Origin: Zootoca vivipara
Lineage: Eukaryota
Assembly (NCBI RefSeq): GCF_963506605.1
Contig: NC_083288.1
Coordinates: 29,698,001 to 29,762,000, forward strand
Direction: 5' to 3'
Length of the DNA stretch: 64,000 bases
The translations under genes and the position numbers were made by a program. The first letter of the stretch is position 1; the number at the start of each line of letters is the position of its first letter. Under the pieces are notes generated by a model. The model worked only from the letters and a program-made list of their open reading frames with translations, made no database searches and had not been told where the DNA came from. Shown piece after piece: positions 34,444-45,864 of the stretch.

Positions 34444-35728
34444 GCTGTGGTGATTGCCCTACATTCTGTTCTTGCACATTTGGAGCAGTGGGGGAACTAT
34501 GCCAGACTGCTTTTTTGTAGACTTCAGCTCAGCATTTAATACCATTCTACTGCGACGCCTGATGTCTAAACTGGGAGATCTGGGGCTCCCACCATCACTT
34601 TGTGGGTGGATATTGGACTTTCTGTCAGATTGCCCCCAGAGGGTTCGGTTGGGCCCTTACACCTCTAATATGCTTGGGACTAACACAGGAACACCACAGG
34701 GATGTGTAGTCTGCTCCTTTATACTCTCTACATGTATGATTGTGTGGCTGCTTACCCTAGTAACAGAGTTGTCAAATTTTCAGATGACACAACCATGATC
34801 GGGCTCATCTCTGATAAGGAGGGTGAAACGGACTATAGAGATGAGGTGGAGCGGCTGACAGAGTGGTGCAGAGTTAATAACTTGCTCATAAATACAAAGA
34901 AAACAAAGGAGCTTGTGGTGGACTTCAGGAGACAGAAGAACAATGTCCAGCCACTTTTGATTGACGGAATCTGCATGGAGAGGGTAACAACGTTCAGATT
35001 CCTGGGCATCGAGTTACAGGAGGATCTGTCTTGGGGTGTCAACACAAGGGGGATTGTGAAGAAGGTGCAGCAGAGACTGCACTTCTTGAGAATTCTAAGG
35101 AAAAACCATCTTCCGCAAAAGCTGCTGCTTGCCTTCTATCACTGTGCCATTGAGAGTGCGCTCACTTATGGGTTATGCATGTGGTACGGGAGCTGTACTT
35201 CCCAGGATAGGATAGGGTTGTGCAGAATTATTCAAACAGCGCAGAGCATTATTGGCTGCTCACTCTCCACCTTAGAACAAATCTATATTACCAGGTGCCA
35301 CAAGAAATCACTAGACATATCAAGAGATCCATCGCATCCTGGTCACCGCTTCTTTGAGCTCTAGACATATCAAGAGACCCATCGCATCCTGGTCACCGCT
35401 TCTTTGAGCTCTAGACATATCAAGAGATCCATCGCATCCTGGTCACCGCTTCTTTGAGCTCCTTCCATCGGAACAGAGATACAGAATAATGAAGGCGAGA
35501 ACAAGCCGTCTCAAGAACAATTTCTTCCCTAGGGCAATTTCGCCTTTAATGGAAAGTCTAGACTTTGAAGTCATCTTATTTTTACTTGCCATTTCATATT
35601 GTATTGTTTAATTAATGTATTGTAGTTATTTTAAATTTATGTGGAGTGCCTTATATGAGTGGATGGAGCAACCGAGCAATTTCGTTGCTCCCACAGGGGG
35701 GCAATGACAATAAAGATTATCTTATCTT
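34444..35728 (+). mobile_element. Rex1/Babar LINE, 5'-truncated
   Basis: RT motifs FVDFSSAFNTI, GTPQGCV, VKFSDDTT, FRFLGI. Empty site in the paralogous unit at about 44280. Contains a 50-bp unit repeated three times (35311-35460). Confidence 0.85.
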
Positions 35729-36051
35729 AAATATGGATATGGGGTCCCACCTAGGCCAGCCCCAAACATTGCACATAGGAACTAACTCCCCCCCTCTTAT
35801 ATCCACTTGTAAACATTGGCTGAGAGGGAGCTGTAGATATGAAGGTGAAGATTTTCAGTGTAACTCTACTTCCCAACTATGTGCTGATAGACTGGGAGCA
35901 ATATGGCAAATGAAGGGGAGAAAAGGAACATGTCACATCCAGTACCGTACATGAGGATGCTTAGGTCTAAAGCAGGGTTGGGAAAACATTTTTCAGCCAA
36001 GCACCACATTACATCATTGGCAACCTTCAGGGACCACATGCCACTGCTGGA

Positions 36052-36141
36052 CATAGCTGCCAAGTTTTCCCTTTTCTCGCGAGGAAGCCTATTCAGCATA
36101 AAGTAATTTCCCTTTAAAAAAGGGATAACTTGGCAGCTATG
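36052..36141. mobile_element. 90-bp hAT MITE (second copy)
   Basis: Same TIRs as 34135-34224, perfect 8-bp TSD CTGCTGGA, empty site at about 44665. Confidence 0.9.
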
Positions 36142-37880
36142 CTGCTGGATGGGGCCAGACAACACTGGGGATAGCAGTGAATGCAAATTTTACCTCTGTA
36201 AAGTAGCCTAGTTTCTACACACACTCTCACACCTCTGCATCCCCATCCAGACAAAAAAAGGAGACAGAGCTCAAGGGCATGCTCCAGCCAGGGAAAACAC
36301 TCAAAGAATGTGTGAAAGAGGGCTGGAGATGGGATTTGCTTGGTAAGGATGTGTGGCCCAGGTAGAGAGGCCTGAAGGGTTGCATTTGACCCCCAGAATT
36401 GAGGATCTAAAGGATTCCAGTAAAAAATCATCCCATCTACATTGGGGGTAATAATGCAGGATACTTAGACTGTGGCTGGTTTATTCCAGTCACAAGCTCC
36501 CATTCCTTTATAAAGTATATAGAAAAAACATTTAATCCCACTTTTCCTAGGATGGAGGCACAATAGAAAGCACTTATTCTTCCACAATGACCCCTTTCTC
36601 TCCAATGTACACATTCTTCCAACTATGTGGCTCCACTCCCACTTCTGCTAAATATAGAATTATATGCATATCTGTCATATATGCAGGTTTATAGCATCTA
36701 GACACAAATGAATGATAAAAAATAAGTGAAAATCTATGGTACCTGCAAGAAATAGGTATATAGGTAAGGTCAGTTGAATAAAACTATGTTTTTATAAGCT
36801 TATGTCTCCAAGAAGTAAAAATTAATTCAAATATTAATAAATAGATGCTTTTGTGGAGATTAAGGTATTAGGTTTTCATATGTTCGTACTAGGGAATTCA
36901 GTTCAATCATCAGTGTTCATAGGTTTTAGGTCCTCTAGGTTTCAATAGGAAATTGCAGTGCTATACACAACAATCCCCATGATTCTTCAACACCACAATT
37001 ACTATCAGCTCCAGCATGTACGGCTAGGTCATAGGGAGAATGGATGTTGTGGGAAGCCACAGATATTCACACCTGGACTAAAGATCTATATAGATGAAGT
37101 AAACATGCAATGTAAACCTACAATCAAAGGTACACATTTCTGAAACTAATTCCCATTCAATGCAGTGATATCCACTTCTGAGTAAGAACAACAACAACCT
37201 AGGACTAGACATAACTTAGGCAAGCTATCTAGGCAACTGAAACTGATACCTCAATTGGAGATTGGTTTTTGCCTAAGAATAGAGGAAAATATTGGCCAGA
37301 AACTTCCAGAATGCCATTTTGAGTTCCTTGTTTCTTATGCTATAGATGATCGGGTTCATTACTGGTGGTACCATGCAGTAGAATGAAGAAACCGCAAGGT
37401 CAAATGCTGACGGGGAGCTGGAGGTTGGTCTGAAATAGACAAAGTTACCACTTACGAAAAACAGGGAAATAACAATAAGATGAGGCAAACAGGTTGAGAA
37501 GACTTTTTGCTTCCCATGACTGGATGGGATTTTCAGGACTGCTCTGAAGATCTGAACATATCAGATCTGAAGATCTGAACAAGATCTGGAACTCTCTGCA
37601 CTGGACAACTCTATCAGGAATCACCCAGCCTGGCAGGAGTTCCACAAGGAAAAACAAACCATTTACCACTCTCAACTGGAGTTACTGAAGAACCGGAAAA
37701 ATAAAAAACTCTGCAACCTTTCCAACCTACAAGCCACTAATCAAAACAAAGATCAACAACATTGATCAAGATCAAAACAAGATCAACAACATTGTCAATC
37801 TCTCACAGCAAACACTCAGCCCAGCTGAGGAATCCGTCCTCTCACGGGGTCTATCATTCTGCCCTGCTAAATCCCCACAC

Positions 37881-40067
37881 ATGATTCAGTTCTGCGGGGA
37901 CCTGGAAGCATTTTTCCGCCGTTTACGCCTGAAGGAGTATTTTCATCACAAACAAGAACAAGACAAAGTAGAACAAACTACATCCCCACAACACAACACC
38001 TCTCAACTTACTGGGGAACAACCATCACCCTCCAAACGCATTAATGAACAGAACATCGACCACCAACCACCACCGAAAAGATGTTACACAAAAAGGGACT
38101 CCACGTGGACCCCTCCTGATGGACGCAATACCACACTAGATCTGTACATCGACTGCTTCCGCCACAGAATCCAAACGGATGTGACCAGAAAACACCATCA
38201 CTTACAACAAAATCTAAACCATGCTGAAAGGAGAGCCATAGAAAATCTCAGGAACAACCCAGACATTATAATTAAAGAGGCAGACAAGGGTGGAGCTGTC
38301 GTCATCATGAACAAAACTGATTACATCCAAGAGGCCCACAGACAACTTTCCAATACTGCCTTTTACATGAAATTGGACTCAGACCCCACACAAGCATACA
38401 AAAAAGAACTGAACAAGATTGTCAAGGAGCTACCCCTACACATCCAAGAACAGATCCTCACAAACACACCAGCGGAACCTCGACCAGGAACTTTCTACCT
38501 TCTACCTAAAATACACAAACCAGGAAATCCAGGACGCCCCATCATCTCAGGTATTGGCACCATTACAGTGGGTGTTTCCGGCTATATGGACTCTGTTCTG
38601 AAACCATATGCTATCAGTGCTCCCAGCTACGTACGTGACACCACAGATTTTCTGAGGAAAATACAATCTTTGAACAATCTTCCTAACAATACTATACTAG
38701 CCACTATGGATGTGGAATCTCTATACACCAACATCCCACACAATGATGGTTTACAAGCCATAAGGAACACCATTTCAGATAAAACCACAGCGGACTTTGC
38801 TACCAAACTCTGCCACTTTGTCCTTACCCACAACCACTTCAAATTTGGTGATGACCTGTTCCTCCAGATCAGCGGCACAGCCATGGGCACCCGCATGGCC
38901 CCACAGTATGCCAACATCTTCATGGCAGACTTAGAACATCGTTTCCTAGACTCCTACCCACTCAAACCTCTCTTGTACCTACGATACATTGACGATATCT
39001 TTATTATTTGGACACATGGACAACAGACCCTGGAAACCTTCCACCAGACATTCAATGACTTTCACCCCACCATCAACCTAACAATGAACCAATCTATGCA
39101 AGAAATACATTTTTTGGACATTACTATAAAAATACAGGATGGACGTATAGACACCACCTTATACAGAAAACCAACTGACCGACAAACATATCTACATGCT
39201 TCTAGCTACCATCCCAAACATACCAAACAATCCATCGTATACAGCCAGGCCCTACGTTACAACCGTATCTGTTCCAACTCTACAGACAGAGAATCTCACC
39301 TAAGAGATCTACAGCAAACCTTTTTAGAACTAAAATATCCACCTGATGAAGTTAAACAACAGATCAACAGAGCCAGACTGATACCTAGGGAGAACCTGCT
39401 GCAAGACAGACCCAAAAAAGAAAATAACAGAACACCACTAGTCATCACATACAGCTCCCAAGTTAAAACAGTACAACGCATCATCAGAGATCTACAGCCT
39501 CTCCTGGACAATGACAGCTCCCTTTCTCAAGCTCTGGGAGGAAGACCTTTCATTGCCTACAGACAGCCACCCAATCTTAAACAACTCCTCACCCACAATA
39601 ATACAACCACCAGACTTAACATGGACACTGGTACCAGAGCCTGCAATAAACCCAGATGCCAACTTTGCTGCCACATACACCCGGACAACATCATTACTGG
39701 CCCCAACAACATCCAACATACCATCTCAGGACTATTTAATTGCTCATCTTCTAACATTGTGTATGCCATCAAATGCCAACGGTGCCCTTCAGCTCTCTAC
39801 ATTGGACAAACAGGCCAAACCCTACGCCAAAGGATAAATGGACATAAATCTGACATCAGGAACCATAAGACTGAAAAACCAGTAGGAGAACACTTCAATC
39901 TCCCAGGACATTCTATACAAGATCTCAAAGCAGCTGTTTTATTACAGAGAAATTTCAGGAACAGACTGGAAAGGGAAGTTGCTGAATTGGAAATCATTAC
40001 CAAGCTTAAAACCATGGAAGCACCTGGGATGAATAGAGATATCGGATTCTTATCTCATTATGCATGA
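37881..40067 (+). CDS. Penelope-like reverse transcriptase with GIY-YIG endonuclease (728 aa open)
   Basis: ADKGGAVV, YLLPKIHK, MDVESLYTNI, GTAMG, YLRYIDDIF, Cys linker CNKPRCQLC, VYAIKC...LYIGQT, HFNLPGH. Confidence 0.93.
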   Translation: MIQFCGDLEAFFRRLRLKEYFHHKQEQDKVEQTTSPQHNTSQLTGEQPSPSKRINEQNIDHQPPPKRCYTKRDSTWTPPDGRNTTLDLYIDCFRHRIQTDVTRKHHHLQQNLNHAERRAIENLRNNPDIIIKEADKGGAVVIMNKTDYIQEAHRQLSNTAFYMKLDSDPTQAYKKELNKIVKELPLHIQEQILTNTPAEPRPGTFYLLPKIHKPGNPGRPIISGIGTITVGVSGYMDSVLKPYAISAPSYVRDTTDFLRKIQSLNNLPNNTILATMDVESLYTNIPHNDGLQAIRNTISDKTTADFATKLCHFVLTHNHFKFGDDLFLQISGTAMGTRMAPQYANIFMADLEHRFLDSYPLKPLLYLRYIDDIFIIWTHGQQTLETFHQTFNDFHPTINLTMNQSMQEIHFLDITIKIQDGRIDTTLYRKPTDRQTYLHASSYHPKHTKQSIVYSQALRYNRICSNSTDRESHLRDLQQTFLELKYPPDEVKQQINRARLIPRENLLQDRPKKENNRTPLVITYSSQVKTVQRIIRDLQPLLDNDSSLSQALGGRPFIAYRQPPNLKQLLTHNNTTTRLNMDTGTRACNKPRCQLCCHIHPDNIITGPNNIQHTISGLFNCSSSNIVYAIKCQRCPSALYIGQTGQTLRQRINGHKSDIRNHKTEKPVGEHFNLPGHSIQDLKAAVLLQRNFRNRLEREVAELEIITKLKTMEAPGMNRDIGFLSHYA

Positions 40068-40220
40068 TCAAGCTTTCTTTAGCACCTCAGCCCAGGACTA
40101 ATTGCAGCCATCAGCAGCCATTAACACCCATCTACAGGTTTACCACTCCCATCAGCCCATCTCCCATTCCCACCCACCACCCTCTGTATATATATAGGGT
40201 CTGACACTTCTGTTTCTAGT

Positions 40221-40258
40221 GTATCTGAAGAAGTGTGCATGCACACGAAAGCTCATAC
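40221..40258 (+). ncRNA. Minimal Penelope-type hammerhead ribozyme motif
   Basis: Stem I GTAT/ATAC, CTGAAGA, stem II GTGTG-catg-CACAC, GAAA, palindromic AGCT in place of helix III, TC. Confidence 0.72.
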
Positions 40259-42436
40259 CAAAATATAAACTTAGTTGGTCTTTAAGGTGCTACTGAAGGA
40301 ATTTTCTTATTTTGCTTCGACTCAGACCAACACGGCTACCTACCTGTAATAAGAAAAGGCAATTAGAGCAAAGTAGATGAAGCCTAAACAAGCTCCAAAA
40401 GTTAGAACCCAAATCACAGTAATATCTGAGTCAGGGCAAGAGTTCTTCAGCAGTTGTGGGATTTCACAGAAAAACTGATTGATAACATTAGAACAGAACT
40501 CAATTTTGAATGTTGTTCCAGTGTACATTGTTGCATAGAAAAGTCCCCCAATCCATGCACTGGTTGCCATCTGAATGCAGGCTTTCTTGTTCATGACAGT
40601 CTCATAATGCAGTGGATTGCAGATGGCAACATAGCGATCATATGCCATAACACCAAGGAGGATATAATGAGACAATATGAAGAAAACAAGGAAGAATACT
40701 TGACAGGCACATCCAGAGTAAGAGATGGTTTGGGTCTTCATCAAGGAATTTGCAATGGACTTGGGAACTGTAACCGATATGGAGCCAATGTCTTGCAATG
40801 ACAGGTTGGCCAGAAAGAAGTACATGGGTGTATGAAGCTGATGGCTGTAGAAGATGACTGTGATGATCATGATATTTTCTGTGAGGGCCACCAAATATAT
40901 TATGATAAAAAGGTTGATGTGAAATACCTGCACCTCCCGAATATCAGGAAAGCCATGTAGTAGGAATCCACTTACTCTTGACTGGTTCATCATTGTGTCT
41001 CAGACTTTGATGCCTAGGAAAAGAAAGCTACCCACCCCTTTCTTCTCTTTCAGTTGTATCGGGAAATCCTTCTCTCTGTACTGAATGTGGTGAAGGGTGG
41101 GAATGTATAGCAATCGGCTTTATCGATGTCTCACTTCTAATTATACCCAGAAGGTTTAATTCTCATGAGTCTTCTACATACAGCTCAGCAGATGTGGAGC
41201 AGATGTGTACATATTTGAGGGTTGAAATGCAGCTATAATGACTATGATACAAAGTTCTGCTTTGGCTTATGAAAGGGGCTTGCACGAGAGTGGGTTGTTT
41301 ATGTTCCTAAATCAGTTTTCTATATGGCATAACCCTGTGGGTTGTTGGCTGCTGCTATTTACATTAACACATCTAGGACTGCAGTCCTATACAAAAATAC
41401 ATGGGATGAAGTCCTTTGGAACTCAATGTGACTCAATTCTAAGAAGACATGTATAGGGTTATGCTGTAAAATCCCCTTCTTCTACTCATGAAATTCGGTT
41501 TCTTTGTTGCCTAACCCCTGCCATGAAGTTCTAAATCAAAGTAAGTATTAACAGATCAATATTAGCAGCTGAATCCCACAACACTTCCATGTTGTATATG
41601 ATTGAAGGCTAGCATCCAAGGAACAATGTAGATTGATGTTTTATGCTCCATTGTGAGGGTTGTAGACCTACTTGCTGCATTAAAGCTGTGTCCATCTTTT
41701 TAATATAGCACAGAATGACGTCTAAGAGAGGATTCCAATTTCTACTTGTTCAATTTGCAGTTTTTGTAACCATTTTTTGGAATTATGAAAAACATTAATA
41801 AAAATCTCATTACACAGAAGTAATCAATCAAATTTTCCTTGGATTACTACTGATTCAGCAGATCCCACAGCTGCATTCACAATCTAACCCTCCAAATCAG
41901 GCCTCCAAACAGCCCATAAAAGCAACCAGCCTCAATTCAAAAGTCTTCTTCCATTTAGCTCTGTAATTATTGTTGGTTTAGTTATTCTCTTTATGTATAT
42001 CTTTCCATGAAAAGGCATAAAGAAAGGCATGCAAAGACTGTAGGATGTGCTTTTAATTAAAGTAGAGAGCAAGCTTTGTATCAGCATGTCGAGGGCTGGG
42101 ATGTTGGAACCAAATGAAAGCATATTATGGCTTCTTCTACCAGCCAGAATAGCAAGGCGCATTGGGAATCTAAACCCTCTGCCTCTGAGAATGTGTATAC
42201 TTTGTCTCTTCTTTTCTACACTTTCTACATCACAGTTCATCAACTCTTTTTAAGAATCAGTCCTGTGATAATCTTTTCTCAGAGACCAAGACTTGCTTAG
42301 TCATTTATCACCTCGTGTTTCTTCAGTGTCCTCATTTGGTTGCATGGTAGTGGGACCCACAGTTTTATGCTCACCCCAGACAGCAAAATGTCTTGGGCCA
42401 GCCCTGGGAACTACCTGAAACCAATCATTGATAGTA

Positions 42437-42835
42437 GGGACGCGGGTGGCACTGTGGTCTAAACCACCGAGTCTTTTGGGCTTGCCGATTGTCAGGTTGG
42501 CAGCTTGAATCCATGGGACGGGGTGACCTCCCAGTGCTTTGTCACAGCTTGTGTCAACCTAGCAGTTTGAAAGCATACCAGCACAAATAGATAAAAAGAT
42601 ACAACTGTGGCAGGAAGGTAAAATACATTTTTGTGCACTCTGGCACTCATTATGGTGTTCTGTGTTTAATCGTGGTTTAATCGTGGTGGCCACATGAAAA
42701 GCTGCCCCAGAAAAGCTGTCTACAGACAAATGCCAGCTCCCTTGACCTGAAAGTGGAGATGAGCACCATGAGCCTTATAGTAGAATTTGACTGGACTTAA
42801 CTGTATAATGGTCTTTTATCATTACCTACCTTTAC
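42437..42835 (+). mobile_element. Sauria SINE
   Basis: 5' GGGACGCGGGTGGCACTGTGGTCTAAACCAC, 3' ACCTTTAC tail, imperfect TSD ATTGATAGT/ATTGGTAGT. Confidence 0.85.
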
Positions 42836-43027
42836 TATTGGTAGTTACAACTTCCAGATAAATTTAGATAGGCAGATTCAAATTCACCCTGTGTCACAAA
42901 GTTTTCTTGCATTCCACCAGCTCAGCTGCGCCATTCACACTTTTGCATGTCAGATCACACAACCTGTTGATCACATTAATTTACTTCGAAGTTCTGTCAG
43001 TTGAATGATTCCCAATGTAGTGTCAGG

Positions 43028-43526
43028 TGTCAGAGGATCCAACCCCCCACAGTAGGTTGCCAGGAATGGATAAAACGAGGAAAGTTCTTATCAATGTTTT
43101 TTATTCAATATTCACAGAGAGAGGCTTAGAAATGCAGTCTCTTGGAGTAATGGTCTTGGAGTAATGGAGTGAAACCCCACCCCCTTTGTCTCTCCCACTT
43201 CCTCATGAGGCATCGCTACGGGTGCTGGAAAGGGCATTTTACCTTTGAGCTCATTGTTCTCCTACTTTCAAGGCCTGCTGTGTTCTGGGAGGGGGGAGTC
43301 TGGAATGCTTTCTAAAGACACTGAGTCCATCAGTTGTCTCTCCCATGGTGCTTCTTCTTCTCCCTCCTCTTCCTCTCCCATTATTTCCCAACTTTCCCCC
43401 TCATCCGCCTCTGAGCTGTAATTGCCCTCAAACCCCTGTTGTAATTCCGATCTATCTCCTTCTTCTTTGGAAGTGTCAGGCTGGGGATGCAGTCTCCACC
43501 ATTCCTCCTCTGCCCAGTCGCTGACA
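43028..43526 (-). mobile_element. Solo LTR (Gypsy-like)
   Basis: Inverted termini TGTCAG...CTGACA, 5-bp TSD TCAGG/TCTGG (one mismatch), AATAAA on the - strand at about 43100. Confidence 0.6.
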
Positions 43527-45864
43527 TCTGGCCTGGACCCACTCACCAGACCTTTCTTTCGTTCTGATCAGAGGAAGTTAAATTTGTTCAGTTCAGCTGC
43601 ATTTACATCACAGTGGGAGCAGAAAAAGAACGTATTTTCAAAGGATAGGTAGGTACTAGGGTGGGTGTGCACAGTGAAATGACCCTGAATTTAAAAGGCA
43701 AGACTTCTTTCTTACAACTTTTTGTTTTTGAACAGTTACAAATACAATGACCACTAAACATAGCATAGTAAACATTATCGTAAACATTTCAAAAGAAAAC
43801 ATTATTAAAAAGAGTCAAATATAAACTGCACGTTTCAAACAGCATGATCAGCAAGAAAACAAAATATTGTTATAACCTTTCTTCACAAGATTACTGGAGT
43901 GCTCCTTTCAACAAGAAACTGAGTTTTTAATGGAAGACACTGCCAATAAAGATACAGCTGACACATTGTGTTTCAACTTTTAAATTTCTGCTGGAAACTG
44001 TTCTACTCCATAAGGTTAATGCTGGCAATGAAGGATATATCATTCCATAATAGCTGATTTCAGATTTTAACATCTCTCTGTGGTTTTTATTGTATGATTT
44101 TATGCATATTTTTGTGAACAACTCTGTTATTTTGAATTAATAGCAATATATAAATATGCAAATAAACAAACAGCTGAGATGCTTATTCTTATTCTCCCCT
44201 TGCTATCGAAGGTTCAGCATGTAGGGGCATGCCACTTGTTATACCTGAGTCTTATACAGACAGAACACCCAAGCATTCTGTAAATATGGGTGTGGGGTCC
44301 CTAGACCAGCCCCAAACACTGCACATATCAACTAACTTTCCTCTCTTATATCCGCTTGTAAACATTGGCTGAGAGGGAGCTCTAGATATGAAGGTTTCCT
44401 CCCTACAACCTTCATATTTACATGTGGTTGACAGGAGGGGCAATCCGGCACATATGATGTAAGTGGTGAAGATATTCAGTGCAACTCCACTTCCCAACTA
44501 TGTGCTGATAGACTGGGAGCAATATGGAAAATGAGAAGAAGAAGAAAAAGGAATTTGTCACATCCAGTACATGAGGATGCTTAGGTCTAAAGCAGGGATG
44601 GGGAAAACATTTTTCAGCCAAGCACCACATTACATCATTGGCAACCTCCAGGGGCCACATGCCACTGCTGGATGGGGCCAGACAAAATCGGGTATAGCAG
44701 TGAATGCAAATTTTACCTCTGTAAAGTAGCCTAGTTTCTATCACACTCTCACACCCCTGTGTATCCCCCATCCAGAAAAAAAGGAGACATTATTAGAGCT
44801 CAAGGGCACATTCCAGCCAGGGAAAACATTTAAAAAATGTGTGAAAGAGGACTGGAGAGGGGATTTGGCTGGTGAGGATGTGTGGCCCATGGACAGTCTC
44901 AAGAGCCAGGTAGAGAGGCCTGAAGGGCTGCATTTGACCCCCACAATTGAGGATCTAAAGGATTCCAGTAAAAAATCCTCCCATCTACATTAGGGGTATT
45001 AATGCAGGATACTTAGACTGTGGCAGGTTTATTCCAGTCACAAGCTCCCATTCCTTTATAAAGTATATAGAATAAAACATTTAATCCCACTTTTCCTAGG
45101 ATGGAGGCACAATAGAAAGCACTTGTTCTTCCACAATGACCCTTTTATCTCCAGTGCACACATTACTTCAACAATGTGGCTAAATATAGAATTAATGCCA
45201 CATGCAGTGGAATCATAACAAAGGGGGAGTTGTGGCTGCATCAAAGCCATCTGCCACCTTACCTGTCATATATGCAGCTTTATAGCATCTAGACACAAAT
45301 GCTTGATTAAAAACAAGTGAAAAACTATGGGACGTGCAAGAAATGGGTATATACGTAAGGTCAGTTGAATAAAACTATGGATTTATAATCTTATATCGCC
45401 AAGAAGTAAAAATTAATTCAAATATTAATAAATAGAAGCTTTTGTGGAGATTAAGGTAGAATGTTTTAACATGTTCATACTAGGGAATTCAGTTCAATCA
45501 TCAGTGCTACATAGGTTAGAGATCCTCCAGGTTTCAATAGGAAATTGCAGTGCTATGCACAACAATCTCCACGATTCCTCAACACCCCAGTTACTATCAG
45601 CTCCAGCAAGTACGGCTAGGACATAGGGAGAATGGATGTTGTGAGAAGCCACAGATAGTCACCCCTGGACTAAAAATCTATATAGATGAAGTAAACATGC
45701 AATGTAAACCTACAATCCAAAGTATACATTTCTGAAACTAATTCCCATTCAATGTAGTGATATCCACTTCTGAGTAAAAACAACAACAACATAGGACTAG
45801 ACATAACTTATGCAAGCCATCTAGGCAACTGATACTGATACCTAAATTGGAGATTGGTTTTTGC

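Larger units (their letters stand above)
37561..40348 (+). mobile_element. Penelope-like retroelement (probably Neptune-type), 5'-truncated
   Basis: Inserted antisense at the end of TM5 of OR locus 6. Carries a long RT + GIY-YIG ORF and a 3' pLTR with a hammerhead motif. ATA is duplicated at the junctions. Confidence 0.92.
37273..40993 (-). pseudogene. Olfactory receptor pseudogene (OR locus 6), split by a Penelope-like element
   Basis: The 5' part (40349-40993, to ...LIAFSY) and the 3' part (37273-37560, VQIFRAV...) rejoin into a paralogue of locus 7. Confidence 0.93.

Noticed and set aside
35311-35460. CRISPR-like repeat array
   Set aside because: Head-to-tail repeats with no spacers, inside a LINE in eukaryotic DNA.
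37685-37700. CTGAAGA...GAAA as another hammerhead
   Set aside because: No helix II, helix III or cleavage triplet context; it lies in Penelope coding sequence.
43268-43546. Acidic 92-aa ORF as a host gene
   Set aside because: Low-complexity frame almost entirely within a solo LTR.
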